From a virus (lineage: Duplodnaviria; Caudoviricetes), in the IMG/VR virus record IMGVR_UViG_3300028008_001583, positions 1 through 59,764 of that record: 59,764 nucleotides of DNA; one strand, given 5' to 3'. The position numbers and the translations under genes are program-made. Under the pieces are notes generated by a model that was not told where the DNA came from, did not search any database, and saw only the letters and a list, made by a program, of their open reading frames with translations. This document shows, in pieces, positions 29,180 to 39,443 of this stretch; position 1 is the stretch's first letter; the number at the start of each line of letters is the position of its first letter.

Positions 29180-32100
29180 ATGGCAAAAACACAACTAAAA
29201 AATTATGTATTTAAACCGGGTATCGGAGCAATAGATTATGTATATCCTAACGCTTATAGTTTGCTAAGTGCAAACAAAAGTTTTATACAAAAAGAAGCAA
29301 CAGCTTGGATACAAGATCAAGTAGATGCAAGTGCAACTGGATTTGTAGGATATACATATAATCAAGCAAAATGTGAAAGAGATGTAGGATACGTTGTTGA
29401 TGCATACTTAAAAGACCTGCGATACGGCGGTAATGAAAATGTAATTAAAACTATTCGGTACTATTGGGATCAAGATGTTGCACAAGTTGACGGCGACAGA
29501 CAACCTGAGATACAAACACACACTTTTATTAGTACACTAATAAGAGATTATATTTTTGCAAACAGTTTATATTCTGCTTCAAATAGCGAAGTAACACAAA
29601 CAGTAGATACAAATACTACTGTAGAAACTACAGTACAGTTTACACCTACAGATGCTAGTTACACACCAACTACGGGAGTAATGACATTAACAATCGGCAC
29701 TCATTCTCTAGCAGTAGGAGATGAAATACACATTGCTCCGGGTGCTATAACTTTTACTTGCTTGCTTGACGGCGGAGCAACAACGCACCCTTATCCTAGA
29801 GCAACAGGTGTTCCTAATGCAAAAGGAAGAGATCCGTATTATTATGCACCTTTAACAATCACATCTGTAACTGGTACTACTATTACTATGAATGTAGGAA
29901 TATCTTCAGATACTTCTGTACACTCGTTTGATAGTGCAACAACAAATGGCGTTACTTCTGGACCTAGTGCAAAGATTAATACACTAGCATTTAATACAGT
30001 TGATACAATTACAAATGGTCTTAATGGACTACCAACACTAGTTCCTACAGGAGTAGGTACTGTTAAAGTGCAAGGTAGATGGGATTTAGAGCAGATTTTA
30101 TTAGTTACAAATACAACTTCTAATGAAATTATATATAATTTTAGTTCACCTACAGCAGGCGGCTCAATAACACAAAAAACTGACGGCGTAAATAAAGATC
30201 CGGATTTTCTAAAATATCTAGAAACTACTGATGCCATTACAACACTAACGTTAAATTATAATACCCGTACACATAGCTCCACAGATGCTTTGCAAATTTT
30301 TGCAGAAGAAATAGAAAATGGTAAAAGCGTTGTAACAACAAGACCGTATGATTTTGGATCAGATGCTATTGAACGTATGCGTGTTGCACAGCCATTATCA
30401 ATGCTTGACGCTGACTTTGAGTACGGACTACAGCCTACCAAGTGGGCAGCAATTGGAACATTGCGAGGATATCCTTCAGTATACGAAGTTCCAGGTACTG
30501 ATACTCCAGTACTATCTGTTGTAACAGATGCTTCGGCAGGAACAGAAGGCATAGGCCAATCACAAATAACTGTAACAACAGTCGGGCCACACGGTTTTGA
30601 ACCAGGTACACCGATAACTATTAAAGCACTAGAAGACAGTGTTAGCGGAGCAGCTAGAGCAGAAGGTAGTTTTGTAATAGTTGAAGTCCCTACAAATAAC
30701 TCGTTTACATTTTTTGCAAAGTCAAAAGTTGGCACTGTTAATCCTACTACACTATCTACAACATATACTCAATTAAGAAAAGCAGGATTTTACACAGGTG
30801 CAAGTATTGGACAACCTGAGGTAACTGTTGTAAGTAATGGTAGTGCAGGAACACTAGTAGCAGAATTAGACATTGCTAGCGGAAGTACAGTCATACCATT
30901 TGACGGTCCGTCGCCAGAAGTTGGTGCGCCACTAGTAAATGCAAATATTCCGGAAGGTTCTCAGGTAACATCGATAATCGATACAAGTGCTGGCGGAGGC
31001 GACTATATTACTCCAGTAACAATTGCAAATATTAATCCAGGAGATCTTAGTTTTACTGTACAGGACTCAACTGGCATTGTAGATAATCTTGCTTTAGATA
31101 GAGGCGACGGTACAGCTATCTATGTAACCAGTGTTGCTGGTTCTACAGTAAATATGTCTGGGGCATTTACTGGTGCATACGTAGCTAATACTGCAAACTA
31201 TGCAATTGCACCGACCGCAATTGTATCTAGTGGTACAGGCGCCCTAGTTAATATTTCATCAGCAGGAGGAACATATACACTTGATGGATTGGCAAACCAA
31301 GGCGACAACTATCAAGTAGGAGATATATTACTCATACAAGGCAATTTATTAGGCGGTACATCTCCTACTAACGACCTTACATTAAGAGTGTTAACATTAG
31401 ATAGTGATACAGGAATAGGAACTTTAGAACTTACTGGAAATGCATTTGACGGTACTACTACTATAACTAATCTAACAGGCGTAGTCGTTGGCAACAACGG
31501 CACAGACGGCAAATTTGATATTGTTATGTTAAACAATGCATATACAGCTGATGTAGCATCACCTGATACTTCACTAGGCTATATTGTTAATGATGTTATA
31601 AAAATACCAGGAAACTTGATTGACCCTACAGCAGGAACAACTCCTGCTAATGATGCATATGTAACAGTCACTGGCATAGGCGCCGGCGGATCGATTACAA
31701 GTGTATCTGTTGACGGTACTGCACCTGATGCACAACTACAATTTTTTAACCCAACTAATTCAACTAACGGCTCAGGCAGCGGCATTATATTTACAGTATA
31801 TACTAATGGTACGACATATAGTGTCACAGTTGATCCGCTTAATCAAGGTATAAATTACTTACCTGGCAATACTATTACAGTTACTGGAGATTTATTAGGC
31901 GGCGCAACCCCTGCTAATGACTTAACAATTACTGTCGATAACGTAGGCGGTGGCGGAGAAGTTACTGCTCAATCAATTGCAGGAACTGCATATAATGGCA
32001 GATCTTCTGTAAATCTTCCAGGCAGTAATGTAGTTGGCACAGGCGCAACTTTTGACGTAGGATTAGCAGGCGGCACATATACTGTTACACTAACTGACGG

Positions 32101-35100
32101 CGGTGATAGTTATGGCGCAGGACAAGAAATACTAATTCCAGCAGGCACAACTATTCCGGGTACTAGTCCTGCAAACGATTTAACAATTGCAATTGATACA
32201 GTTGATGCAGTTGCCACTGGCACGATAGGTACAATTACCGAATCTGGCACAGCTTATGGCGGAACCGGAACATTTAATGGAGTGCCAACTACACTACAGC
32301 CGGTCTCTGGCAATAGCTTTAGTGTGAATATTAGTAGGGCCAACGGGACTTATGGAATAGCATTAGACAACGGTGGCACAGGCTATGCTATAGGAAATAC
32401 ATTTAGAATAAATGGTCCACAGCTTGACGGACTACAGCCATTAAATGACATTACACTAGTTGTTTCGAGTATCGATGTAAGTACAGGTGAAATTACAGCA
32501 TTTACAAATACATACGAAAGTGCTGCTCCTGGAGATGTATTAACACTTATTAGTACTGTTATTGTAACTGATGCTACTACAGCACCTATAACTAGATCAT
32601 CTCAAATTACTTATGGTGCATTGGCAACACTAGAAATAACACTATCTAATGCACATGGACTGGTTCCTGGTAACACATTTATTGTTACTGCTAGTTCAGA
32701 TGACGGCGTAAATAATCATGATTTAGCAGCAGGTTCGTTCTTTGTTACAGATATACCAGCTGTAAATAAACTTCGATATCAAGCAAGAACAACTGGTACT
32801 ATTGACGTAACTAGTGGAGAAATTTTAGGAATATTATATCCAAGACCTGACAGCTTCTTTGTTCACAGACCATATGACGGCGGTGTACAGTTAGGTACAG
32901 GCGGTCCACAGCATGGCGCACAAGCAATACGTCAAAGTAAAAAATATATTCGTTACCAGTCAGGTAAAGGTATTATGTATACAACTGGTGCGCTATTTGC
33001 ACCAAGTTATGATTTACGTAGCCTTACAGCCGATGATGTAGAAGTGGGAAGTTTAATCACAGTTACAACAGATGACAACGATCATGGTGTACAAGCAGGC
33101 GGCATAGTTAGAATACTAGGCGTAGAAACTCCAGGATATAACAGTGGACCACAAACTGCTGTTCCTCCTACATTTGATTATACTGTTGAAAGTGTAATAG
33201 ATGAACGCACATTTACAATACGAGCACAGCGTAGATTAGGAGCAACCACTGCTATACTAGGCTTTGGCTCACAGATGAGTGTTGTTGCTTGGCACGGTGC
33301 TACAGTACGTTCAGGTATCTTTGACGATCAAAACGGCATTTTCTGGGAGTTTGACGGCACACAAATCAGTGTAGTACAACGTACAGGCACTAGACAGTTA
33401 GCAGGTACAATTGCATTAGATATAGATGAAAATTTGGTAACTGGAACAAACACAAGATTCACAGACCAATTGAAGGCTGGAGATAGAATTATTATCAAAG
33501 GTATGACGCATGTTGTGTCACACGTAAACAGTCAAACCGAATGTACAATAACACCAGATTTCCGCGGCGTTGTAAATATCACAGGCGCAAAAGCAAACTT
33601 AATTGTAGACAAGAAAACAAAACAAAGCGATTTTAATCTAGACAGATTAGACGGCACTGGTCCAAGTGGTTACGATATCGACATTGCTAAGATGCAGATG
33701 ATTGGTATTCAATACAGTTGGTATGGTGCTGGTTTTATTGACTTTATGCTACGTGGTTCAGATGGTAATTTTGTTTTTGCACATAGAATGCGTAACTCAA
33801 ACGTAAACACAGAAGCGTTTATGCGTTCAGGTAACTTGCCTGTACGTTATGAAGTTACTAACGAAGGTCCTCCGGGCAAACTAGCAGCAGCAATGGATGC
33901 AAGTCAAGATACTGCGGTATTAACTGATACTAGTTTCTTCCCAGACTACGGCACAATATATGTCGATAACGAAATTATGAACTTTACTGGCAATAATAAA
34001 GTAGATAACATCCTAACTGGCTTAACAAGAGGAGCAACATTTTCAAACTTCCAAGCAGGTGCGACAAGATCATATACTGCAAGTGCAGCAACAACGCACA
34101 ATGACAGGACTGGTGTTGTATTGATATCGCAAACAATTACACCATTGATTAGTCACTGGGGTAGTGCGTTTATTACAGACGGCATGTTTGACGATGATCG
34201 AGGATATATTTTCTCATACGCTGAGACAGGCGTTGAAGTTAGTACTACAAAACAAAGTGCTTTCTTAATTAGACTATCTCCTAGCGTTTCAAATGCACTA
34301 GTAGGAGACCTAGGCGAAAGAGAATTGCTAAACAGAGCACAGTTACTACTACAAGGCATTGAAGTTACGTCAGACGGTGTAGATACTGGAAATAGTAATG
34401 CTCCGGTCGTGGGTGGTATTGTTATTGAAGGTGTTCTTAATCCGCAAAACTATCCACTTAATCCAGCAGATATTGGTTGGACAACATTGAGTGGTGTTGC
34501 TCAAGGTGGTCAGCCTAGTTTTGCACAAATTGCTTCAGGCGGTAGTGTTAACTGGTCAACAGGTGAAGCTGCAACAACTGCTACAGTTAGTTCTCAAGCA
34601 GCAATATCCATAAATATGGATAGTGGGCGATATAGATCTGATAGAAACCGTAATCTTATTTGGATAAATGCTAATGATTATAGAAATACATTTGGTACAA
34701 CAAGTCTGGCGCCTGTGCAAGGTAAGACAATTATAAATGCTGGCTCTTATTCAAACATACAATCAGGAACTACAATCACTGGCGGATATATGAATAACAG
34801 CGGCGATTATGGTTATTTTATATTAAGCAGAAATACTACTAATAATAACAACGATAGAATCAACGCAGCCACTGCTAATGCATATACAATACAGTCAGCA
34901 GATATACCGTTGGTTGATAGAAACTTTGCATATTTTGACAAGACAAGTTTTGATTCATCAGGCGCAAAAATAGGTACAGAATTATCCAACGGCGGCTCAG
35001 TAAGCTTTCCATCTAACACATTGATCAACAGTATAGATCTAGTAGATTTCGGCGGAACTGAATATTACGAAGTACAGTTTAACCAGTCATTTAGTGGTAC

Positions 35101-35368
35101 ACTAGCAGTGGGCACAGGCACAGTAGAATTTACGTTTGTGCAACCACCATATGCACAGCCAGGTGAAACTGTATTCTCTTTTATTGCTACACCGGGAGAA
35201 CGCTCAACGCTTGATTTATCAGAATTGAAAGAACTTACAAACACACCACTAGGTGGACGAGGAACATATCCAAATGGTCCTGATGTGCTTGCACTTAATG
35301 TTTATAAAGTTGGTGGTGTTACAGCTAATGCAAATATTATTCTAAGATGGGGCGAAGCACAAGCCTAA
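29180..35368 (+). CDS. Very large (2062 aa) virion structural protein
   Basis: G/T-rich beta repeats (G.NY..G....I.G..LGG.TPANDLTI.V); DADFEYGLQPTKW; RQSKKYIRYQSGKG lectin-like region. Confidence 0.75.
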   Translation: MAKTQLKNYVFKPGIGAIDYVYPNAYSLLSANKSFIQKEATAWIQDQVDASATGFVGYTYNQAKCERDVGYVVDAYLKDLRYGGNENVIKTIRYYWDQDVAQVDGDRQPEIQTHTFISTLIRDYIFANSLYSASNSEVTQTVDTNTTVETTVQFTPTDASYTPTTGVMTLTIGTHSLAVGDEIHIAPGAITFTCLLDGGATTHPYPRATGVPNAKGRDPYYYAPLTITSVTGTTITMNVGISSDTSVHSFDSATTNGVTSGPSAKINTLAFNTVDTITNGLNGLPTLVPTGVGTVKVQGRWDLEQILLVTNTTSNEIIYNFSSPTAGGSITQKTDGVNKDPDFLKYLETTDAITTLTLNYNTRTHSSTDALQIFAEEIENGKSVVTTRPYDFGSDAIERMRVAQPLSMLDADFEYGLQPTKWAAIGTLRGYPSVYEVPGTDTPVLSVVTDASAGTEGIGQSQITVTTVGPHGFEPGTPITIKALEDSVSGAARAEGSFVIVEVPTNNSFTFFAKSKVGTVNPTTLSTTYTQLRKAGFYTGASIGQPEVTVVSNGSAGTLVAELDIASGSTVIPFDGPSPEVGAPLVNANIPEGSQVTSIIDTSAGGGDYITPVTIANINPGDLSFTVQDSTGIVDNLALDRGDGTAIYVTSVAGSTVNMSGAFTGAYVANTANYAIAPTAIVSSGTGALVNISSAGGTYTLDGLANQGDNYQVGDILLIQGNLLGGTSPTNDLTLRVLTLDSDTGIGTLELTGNAFDGTTTITNLTGVVVGNNGTDGKFDIVMLNNAYTADVASPDTSLGYIVNDVIKIPGNLIDPTAGTTPANDAYVTVTGIGAGGSITSVSVDGTAPDAQLQFFNPTNSTNGSGSGIIFTVYTNGTTYSVTVDPLNQGINYLPGNTITVTGDLLGGATPANDLTITVDNVGGGGEVTAQSIAGTAYNGRSSVNLPGSNVVGTGATFDVGLAGGTYTVTLTDGGDSYGAGQEILIPAGTTIPGTSPANDLTIAIDTVDAVATGTIGTITESGTAYGGTGTFNGVPTTLQPVSGNSFSVNISRANGTYGIALDNGGTGYAIGNTFRINGPQLDGLQPLNDITLVVSSIDVSTGEITAFTNTYESAAPGDVLTLISTVIVTDATTAPITRSSQITYGALATLEITLSNAHGLVPGNTFIVTASSDDGVNNHDLAAGSFFVTDIPAVNKLRYQARTTGTIDVTSGEILGILYPRPDSFFVHRPYDGGVQLGTGGPQHGAQAIRQSKKYIRYQSGKGIMYTTGALFAPSYDLRSLTADDVEVGSLITVTTDDNDHGVQAGGIVRILGVETPGYNSGPQTAVPPTFDYTVESVIDERTFTIRAQRRLGATTAILGFGSQMSVVAWHGATVRSGIFDDQNGIFWEFDGTQISVVQRTGTRQLAGTIALDIDENLVTGTNTRFTDQLKAGDRIIIKGMTHVVSHVNSQTECTITPDFRGVVNITGAKANLIVDKKTKQSDFNLDRLDGTGPSGYDIDIAKMQMIGIQYSWYGAGFIDFMLRGSDGNFVFAHRMRNSNVNTEAFMRSGNLPVRYEVTNEGPPGKLAAAMDASQDTAVLTDTSFFPDYGTIYVDNEIMNFTGNNKVDNILTGLTRGATFSNFQAGATRSYTASAATTHNDRTGVVLISQTITPLISHWGSAFITDGMFDDDRGYIFSYAETGVEVSTTKQSAFLIRLSPSVSNALVGDLGERELLNRAQLLLQGIEVTSDGVDTGNSNAPVVGGIVIEGVLNPQNYPLNPADIGWTTLSGVAQGGQPSFAQIASGGSVNWSTGEAATTATVSSQAAISINMDSGRYRSDRNRNLIWINANDYRNTFGTTSLAPVQGKTIINAGSYSNIQSGTTITGGYMNNSGDYGYFILSRNTTNNNNDRINAATANAYTIQSADIPLVDRNFAYFDKTSFDSSGAKIGTELSNGGSVSFPSNTLINSIDLVDFGGTEYYEVQFNQSFSGTLAVGTGTVEFTFVQPPYAQPGETVFSFIATPGERSTLDLSELKELTNTPLGGRGTYPNGPDVLALNVYKVGGVTANANIILRWGEAQA

Positions 35369-35994
35369 AGGGCTTGTGCAAACTCCCACAAGTTATCAAA
35401 GATTAATGTTTGTTTTTTGATTTGTTTGTAGACATGTTTGTTTAATTGTTTTTCAGTTTCCAAACCATATCCAGTTCGCACTAGTATTGGCTTTGCTCCT
35501 ATTTTATGAGCTGCTTTTAGATCACTCATTTTGTCACCTACAAAAAATCCCTTAGAAAATTTTATGTACGGATGTTCTTTTTCGCATCGCTTGAACATGC
35601 CAATATTTGGTTTAGCATATACATCATTTTTTCTACTACTTGCACTGTAGTATATTGCATCAATACTAGGACATCCTGCTTGGCCTAATAAATCTAACAT
35701 CTTATTGTGTACTTGATCTACATCTCCGGGAGTCATTAACCCCTTTTCAATACCGCCTTGGTTAGTAATAACTGCTATTCTATGACCTTTTGATCTTAGC
35801 AATGCTACTGCTTCTAAACTTCCAGGAATAGGTTGAAACATCATAGGATTAGTGACGTATGTTCCTAGGTCAACATTTAATACCCCGTCTCGATCTATAC
35901 CAATCACTGGCTGATTATAATCTTCATTGACTATGTTAGACTGTGTAGTATTATTTGATTCAACAAACGAACTGTCTAGTACACTTCTAGCCAT
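35365..35994 (-). CDS. gmhB: D-glycero-D-manno-heptose 1,7-bisphosphate phosphatase (HAD); start corrected to ATG 35994
   Basis: DRDGVLN, VITNQGGI, KPNIGM, FVGDKMSDLKAA, LVRTGYG; operon context. Confidence 0.85.
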   Translation of the reverse strand: MARSVLDSSFVESNNTTQSNIVNEDYNQPVIGIDRDGVLNVDLGTYVTNPMMFQPIPGSLEAVALLRSKGHRIAVITNQGGIEKGLMTPGDVDQVHNKMLDLLGQAGCPSIDAIYYSASSRKNDVYAKPNIGMFKRCEKEHPYIKFSKGFFVGDKMSDLKAAHKIGAKPILVRTGYGLETEKQLNKHVYKQIKKQTLIFDNLWEFAQAL

Positions 35995-36382
35995 TTTCTG
36001 CCTTTTGTTTTTGACTATCACCGGGAGCAACTCTATAGTTGTCCTCTACGCTGTCTGCTGTACTAACTTCAGTAATGCTAGAACTACCTTGTAAGCAAAT
36101 AAGTCTATGAGGTTGTAATGGAGGATTGTGCCATACATCTCCTTCATTTAATTCTTTTTCATACATTCCAGCAGTAGTAGTATCAATCCATTGTACTTTA
36201 AATTTGCCAGTATTTACAAACCAAGTTTCGTCTTTTTCTTTGTGAAAGTGCATTGAAAACATTGCCCCTTCTTTTTCAAAGAACATAATTTTACCGCAGT
36301 ACTTGTCAGTAGATGCCCAAATTAATTCGTAACCCCATCCTTTTGGAACTACGCCCTGTAATCTAGTTGGTTCATTTTCCAT
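35987..36382 (-). CDS. Cupin, phosphomannose/lyxose isomerase-like
   Basis: KGWGYE, SMHFHKEKDETW, PHRL, EVST cupin metal motifs. Confidence 0.8.
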   Translation of the reverse strand: MENEPTRLQGVVPKGWGYELIWASTDKYCGKIMFFEKEGAMFSMHFHKEKDETWFVNTGKFKVQWIDTTTAGMYEKELNEGDVWHNPPLQPHRLICLQGSSSITEVSTADSVEDNYRVAPGDSQKQKAENG

Positions 36383-37190
36383 TAATATAATCCTCTATGC
36401 TTGTCCATTGCATATCTACTACACTATTTAAATTAGTTAAATTTGCACATGTGTATTCTTGATATTGACCTTTTAAATTTGCTGGCATCGGTATATAATT
36501 TATGCCAGCATTGTATTTGTTAGCAATAGTTTGTGCTACGGTTTCAAAACTTACAGGGTTGCCAGTACCAACATTGAATATACCTGATTGCCTTACATCA
36601 AACATTTTTTCGTGTAATTTGCAGATATCATCTACGCAAATAAAGTCTCGTTTATATTTGTCACTGTCTTCGAACAGTGTAATTACACTATCTTCTTTAG
36701 CTTGCTTTGTAAATTTAGTATAAGGACTCGCTTGATCGCCTTTGTGATTCTCGCCTTCGCCATACACATTGAAATATCTAAATCCTTGAATAATTATTTC
36801 AAACTCGTCTTGAAACTGTCCTAAGAATCTATCAAACAAATACTTTGACCATGCGTAAGGTGACTGCGGCAACAATGGCCCGTCTTCAGTAAAATGCTCT
36901 GTGGGTCCGTACACACTTGCACTAGATGCATATTGTAAATTAGTACCAAAGTTTTCACATACTTGTGCAAGCCTTACAGTAAACTCAAAGTTTTGTTCTA
37001 GTATTTGATTAACGTCAGTGTATGTAGTTGAACTAATTGCACCAGTATGTATGCACCAGTCGTAATCTTCTGTACTAGGGATGATACCAGGAGCCCACTC
37101 CCAGCCTTCTACTTCGTGTCCCTGTGCTTGCAAATATAATGCAATATTTGAACCAATGAATCCTTTGTGTCCTGTAACTAATATTTTCAT
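36372..37190 (-). CDS. hldD: ADP-L-glycero-D-manno-heptose 6-epimerase
   Basis: VTGHKGFIGS, GAISST, YASSASVYG, YAWSK, FRYFNVYG..E.HKG.QAS, RDFICVDD. Confidence 0.88.
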   Translation of the reverse strand: MKILVTGHKGFIGSNIALYLQAQGHEVEGWEWAPGIIPSTEDYDWCIHTGAISSTTYTDVNQILEQNFEFTVRLAQVCENFGTNLQYASSASVYGPTEHFTEDGPLLPQSPYAWSKYLFDRFLGQFQDEFEIIIQGFRYFNVYGEGENHKGDQASPYTKFTKQAKEDSVITLFEDSDKYKRDFICVDDICKLHEKMFDVRQSGIFNVGTGNPVSFETVAQTIANKYNAGINYIPMPANLKGQYQEYTCANLTNLNSVVDMQWTSIEDYINGK

Positions 37191-37816
37191 TTATTTTCCT
37201 CGAGTAGTTTTTTATATTTTTCACCCCATTGTTTTTTAAATATGGGACTTATTATATTATTATTACGTTCGTGTTCACTTTGTGGAGGCCCGCCAAATAT
37301 GTATCCTAATGTTACACGAGGCTCAACGTCATTTGTTGGCACACCTCTGTGCCACAAGTTACTAGGAAATATAACACAGCGATTATCTTTATAATCTATA
37401 TCACATATTTTTTCGCCGCCATGATCAGGAAAATCAGTCCAAAAATCCATTCCTGTGTCTCCAGAAATAAAATGTACCATAGTCCATGCTGGAGGCCCCA
37501 TATCTGCATGTACACCACCTACTAAAGTTTTTGTAGTTAGATTAAGTTGACATTGAACAAAGTGTAATGGTAGTACTTCGTCATCGTTGCTTAGTTTATC
37601 TCTAGAATCATTGAGTGCAGCAAAAGTTGCTTTGTACTCCCATGGTATTTCATGTAGACCAAATAGCGGCCATATTTTACTAAAAAAAGCGTTACCTACG
37701 TCAGGACCAACACCGTGGTGTTGACACGTTACTGGTATTGATAAAATATTTGTTTTAATAGATCTATATAACCATTCTGGTACAATATCATCGAAAACAA
37801 AAATATCACTAGACAT
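37187..37816 (-). CDS. 2OG-Fe(II) oxygenase
   Basis: HAD...W...G.G..F...NRCVIFPSNLWHRG...RVTL (HxD..H..R). Confidence 0.75.
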   Translation of the reverse strand: MSSDIFVFDDIVPEWLYRSIKTNILSIPVTCQHHGVGPDVGNAFFSKIWPLFGLHEIPWEYKATFAALNDSRDKLSNDDEVLPLHFVQCQLNLTTKTLVGGVHADMGPPAWTMVHFISGDTGMDFWTDFPDHGGEKICDIDYKDNRCVIFPSNLWHRGVPTNDVEPRVTLGYIFGGPPQSEHERNNNIISPIFKKQWGEKYKKLLEENK

Positions 37817-37830
37817 TTAAGAAATTCCTT

Positions 37831-38970
37831 TCATTTACTATTCTTTATAATCTGCGTTGTTGAATATCCGCCTACTGTAGGTATAATATGCACATCAGTT
37901 AAATCATGTCCTACAACAGTTTCAACAGTATAATCTCCGCCTTTTACAATCAAGTTAGGCTGTATATGTTTAATTAACTCATAAGGAGTATCTTGTTCAA
38001 AAACGTGAACTTCATCTACCCAAGGTAGTATAGATATCTGTTCAACACGTTTTTCTATATTGTTTATTGGACGGGCGTTGCCTTTTAGGCGCTTTACGCT
38101 TGCATCTGAATTAAGCCCAACTACAAGTTTGTCGCCTAAACTACGTGCTTCTTTTAATAAATTAAAATGTCCTGTGTGCATAATATCAAACACACCGTTT
38201 GTAAAGATTACACGTTCTTCAATATCACTGCGTGTAAGTATATGTGTACCTACGTGCTGTACTGCACGTCTAGATCCTTTAATAGCAAGTTCTAAACATT
38301 GCGTATAACCATAATTCTTAGTTAAACCGTATACAAATGCAGCTAAGAAACAATCACCTGCACCAGTAACATCTGATACTTCTACTTGTGCAACAGGCAG
38401 ATTATACTCAACACCATCTATACTAGCAAGTACATTATCACCGGCATTAGTAGTAATAATATTACCTTGCCACTGACAAAACCCAAACTTAGTAAATTCA
38501 CTGTTATTAGGTTTTACTAACCATGCGTCTTTATATTGAGTTGCATGTTCTTTAGGATCTACAATAATCTTACAATCAAACTTATTAATATGTTCAATAA
38601 TTCTTAGAGATTCGTCTAGTACACCTTTGTTATAATCACTTAATATTACATAATCGTATTGTGAAAAGTCACTACGTAATACATTTCTTAGCACAGCAGA
38701 ACCGTCTGCATCTTTGTCATCGTCTATACGTGTAATATAATGTCCGTCACATATTATTCGTGTCTTAATACTACGTGGTTGATTTGTTTCAAATAATGTA
38801 ACATCAACTCCTAGACTTTTAAGATTTTCATATACAAGTCCAGCACCACCTAATGTTTTAACTTCGTGTTGATATTTGACCACAGGTACTGGAGCCTCAG
38901 GGCTTATACGTTCTGAAGTGCCATAAATATATTTGTCAACGATTACATCGCCAAAAACTAATACTTTCAT
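37831..38970 (-). CDS. hldE: Bifunctional heptose-7-P kinase / heptose-1-P adenylyltransferase
   Basis: RISPEAPVPV, LSDYNKG, VDPK, DVTGAGD (PfkB); FTNGVFDIMHTGH, GLNSDASVKRLKG..RP, KGGDY, YSTT. Confidence 0.95.
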   Translation of the reverse strand: MKVLVFGDVIVDKYIYGTSERISPEAPVPVVKYQHEVKTLGGAGLVYENLKSLGVDVTLFETNQPRSIKTRIICDGHYITRIDDDKDADGSAVLRNVLRSDFSQYDYVILSDYNKGVLDESLRIIEHINKFDCKIIVDPKEHATQYKDAWLVKPNNSEFTKFGFCQWQGNIITTNAGDNVLASIDGVEYNLPVAQVEVSDVTGAGDCFLAAFVYGLTKNYGYTQCLELAIKGSRRAVQHVGTHILTRSDIEERVIFTNGVFDIMHTGHFNLLKEARSLGDKLVVGLNSDASVKRLKGNARPINNIEKRVEQISILPWVDEVHVFEQDTPYELIKHIQPNLIVKGGDYTVETVVGHDLTDVHIIPTVGGYSTTQIIKNSK

Positions 38971-38976
38971 AATTAT

Positions 38977-39005
38977 ATTATACGTTCTTTTGTATTATCT
39001 GTCAA
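38977..39005 (-). promoter_or_regulatory. Perfect consensus sigma70 promoter of the heptose operon
   Basis: Minus strand TTGACA, 17 bp, TATAAT; ATG follows 6 nt later. Confidence 0.9.
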
Positions 39006-39435
39006 GAAGGTTTATAGTTTGAAACACAGTTTCTAACTTTTTTAAGTTTATTTTACTTTGTAAAGTATTACGCAATCCGTGGTGTAACGGCTTTGGCCAC
39101 TTAGTAAAACTGCACCAAGCATAACCATTATGTTCGTCATTAAGAATAGGCATAAATTCAGACTGTACTACGCAAAGATATGTATGAAAATGAAAATGTG
39201 AATCAATAGAAATAAAACTTTCTAATGGGAGAGTTTTTTTAATTTCTGGTAAAAATCCTATTTCTTCTTTTACTTCTCTTTGCAAGCCTTCCCAGGGTGT
39301 TTCGGCAGCTTCGTTAGTGCCTCCTACAAGTCCCCACATATTATTACGTTTGCCGTTTGCTCTATGTAAAAAAAGAAATCTATTAGTATCTAGTGTGTAG
39401 AATAGTGCTCCACTACATGTTATTGTATTGACCAT
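38995..39435 (-). CDS. Nudix hydrolase (start probably ATG 39435)
   Basis: Nudix box G-TNEAA-E-TPWEGLQ-REVKEEIG. Confidence 0.85.
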   Translation of the reverse strand: MVNTITCSGALFYTLDTNRFLFLHRANGKRNNMWGLVGGTNEAAETPWEGLQREVKEEIGFLPEIKKTLPLESFISIDSHFHFHTYLCVVQSEFMPILNDEHNGYAWCSFTKWPKPLHHGLRNTLQSKINLKKLETVFQTINLLDR

Positions 39436-39443
39436 AACAGTAG

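Noticed and set aside
35365-38970. Host chromosomal LPS locus or prophage boundary
   Set aside because: Genes are compact, overlap phage genes at both ends, share phage composition, and there is no integrase or att evidence
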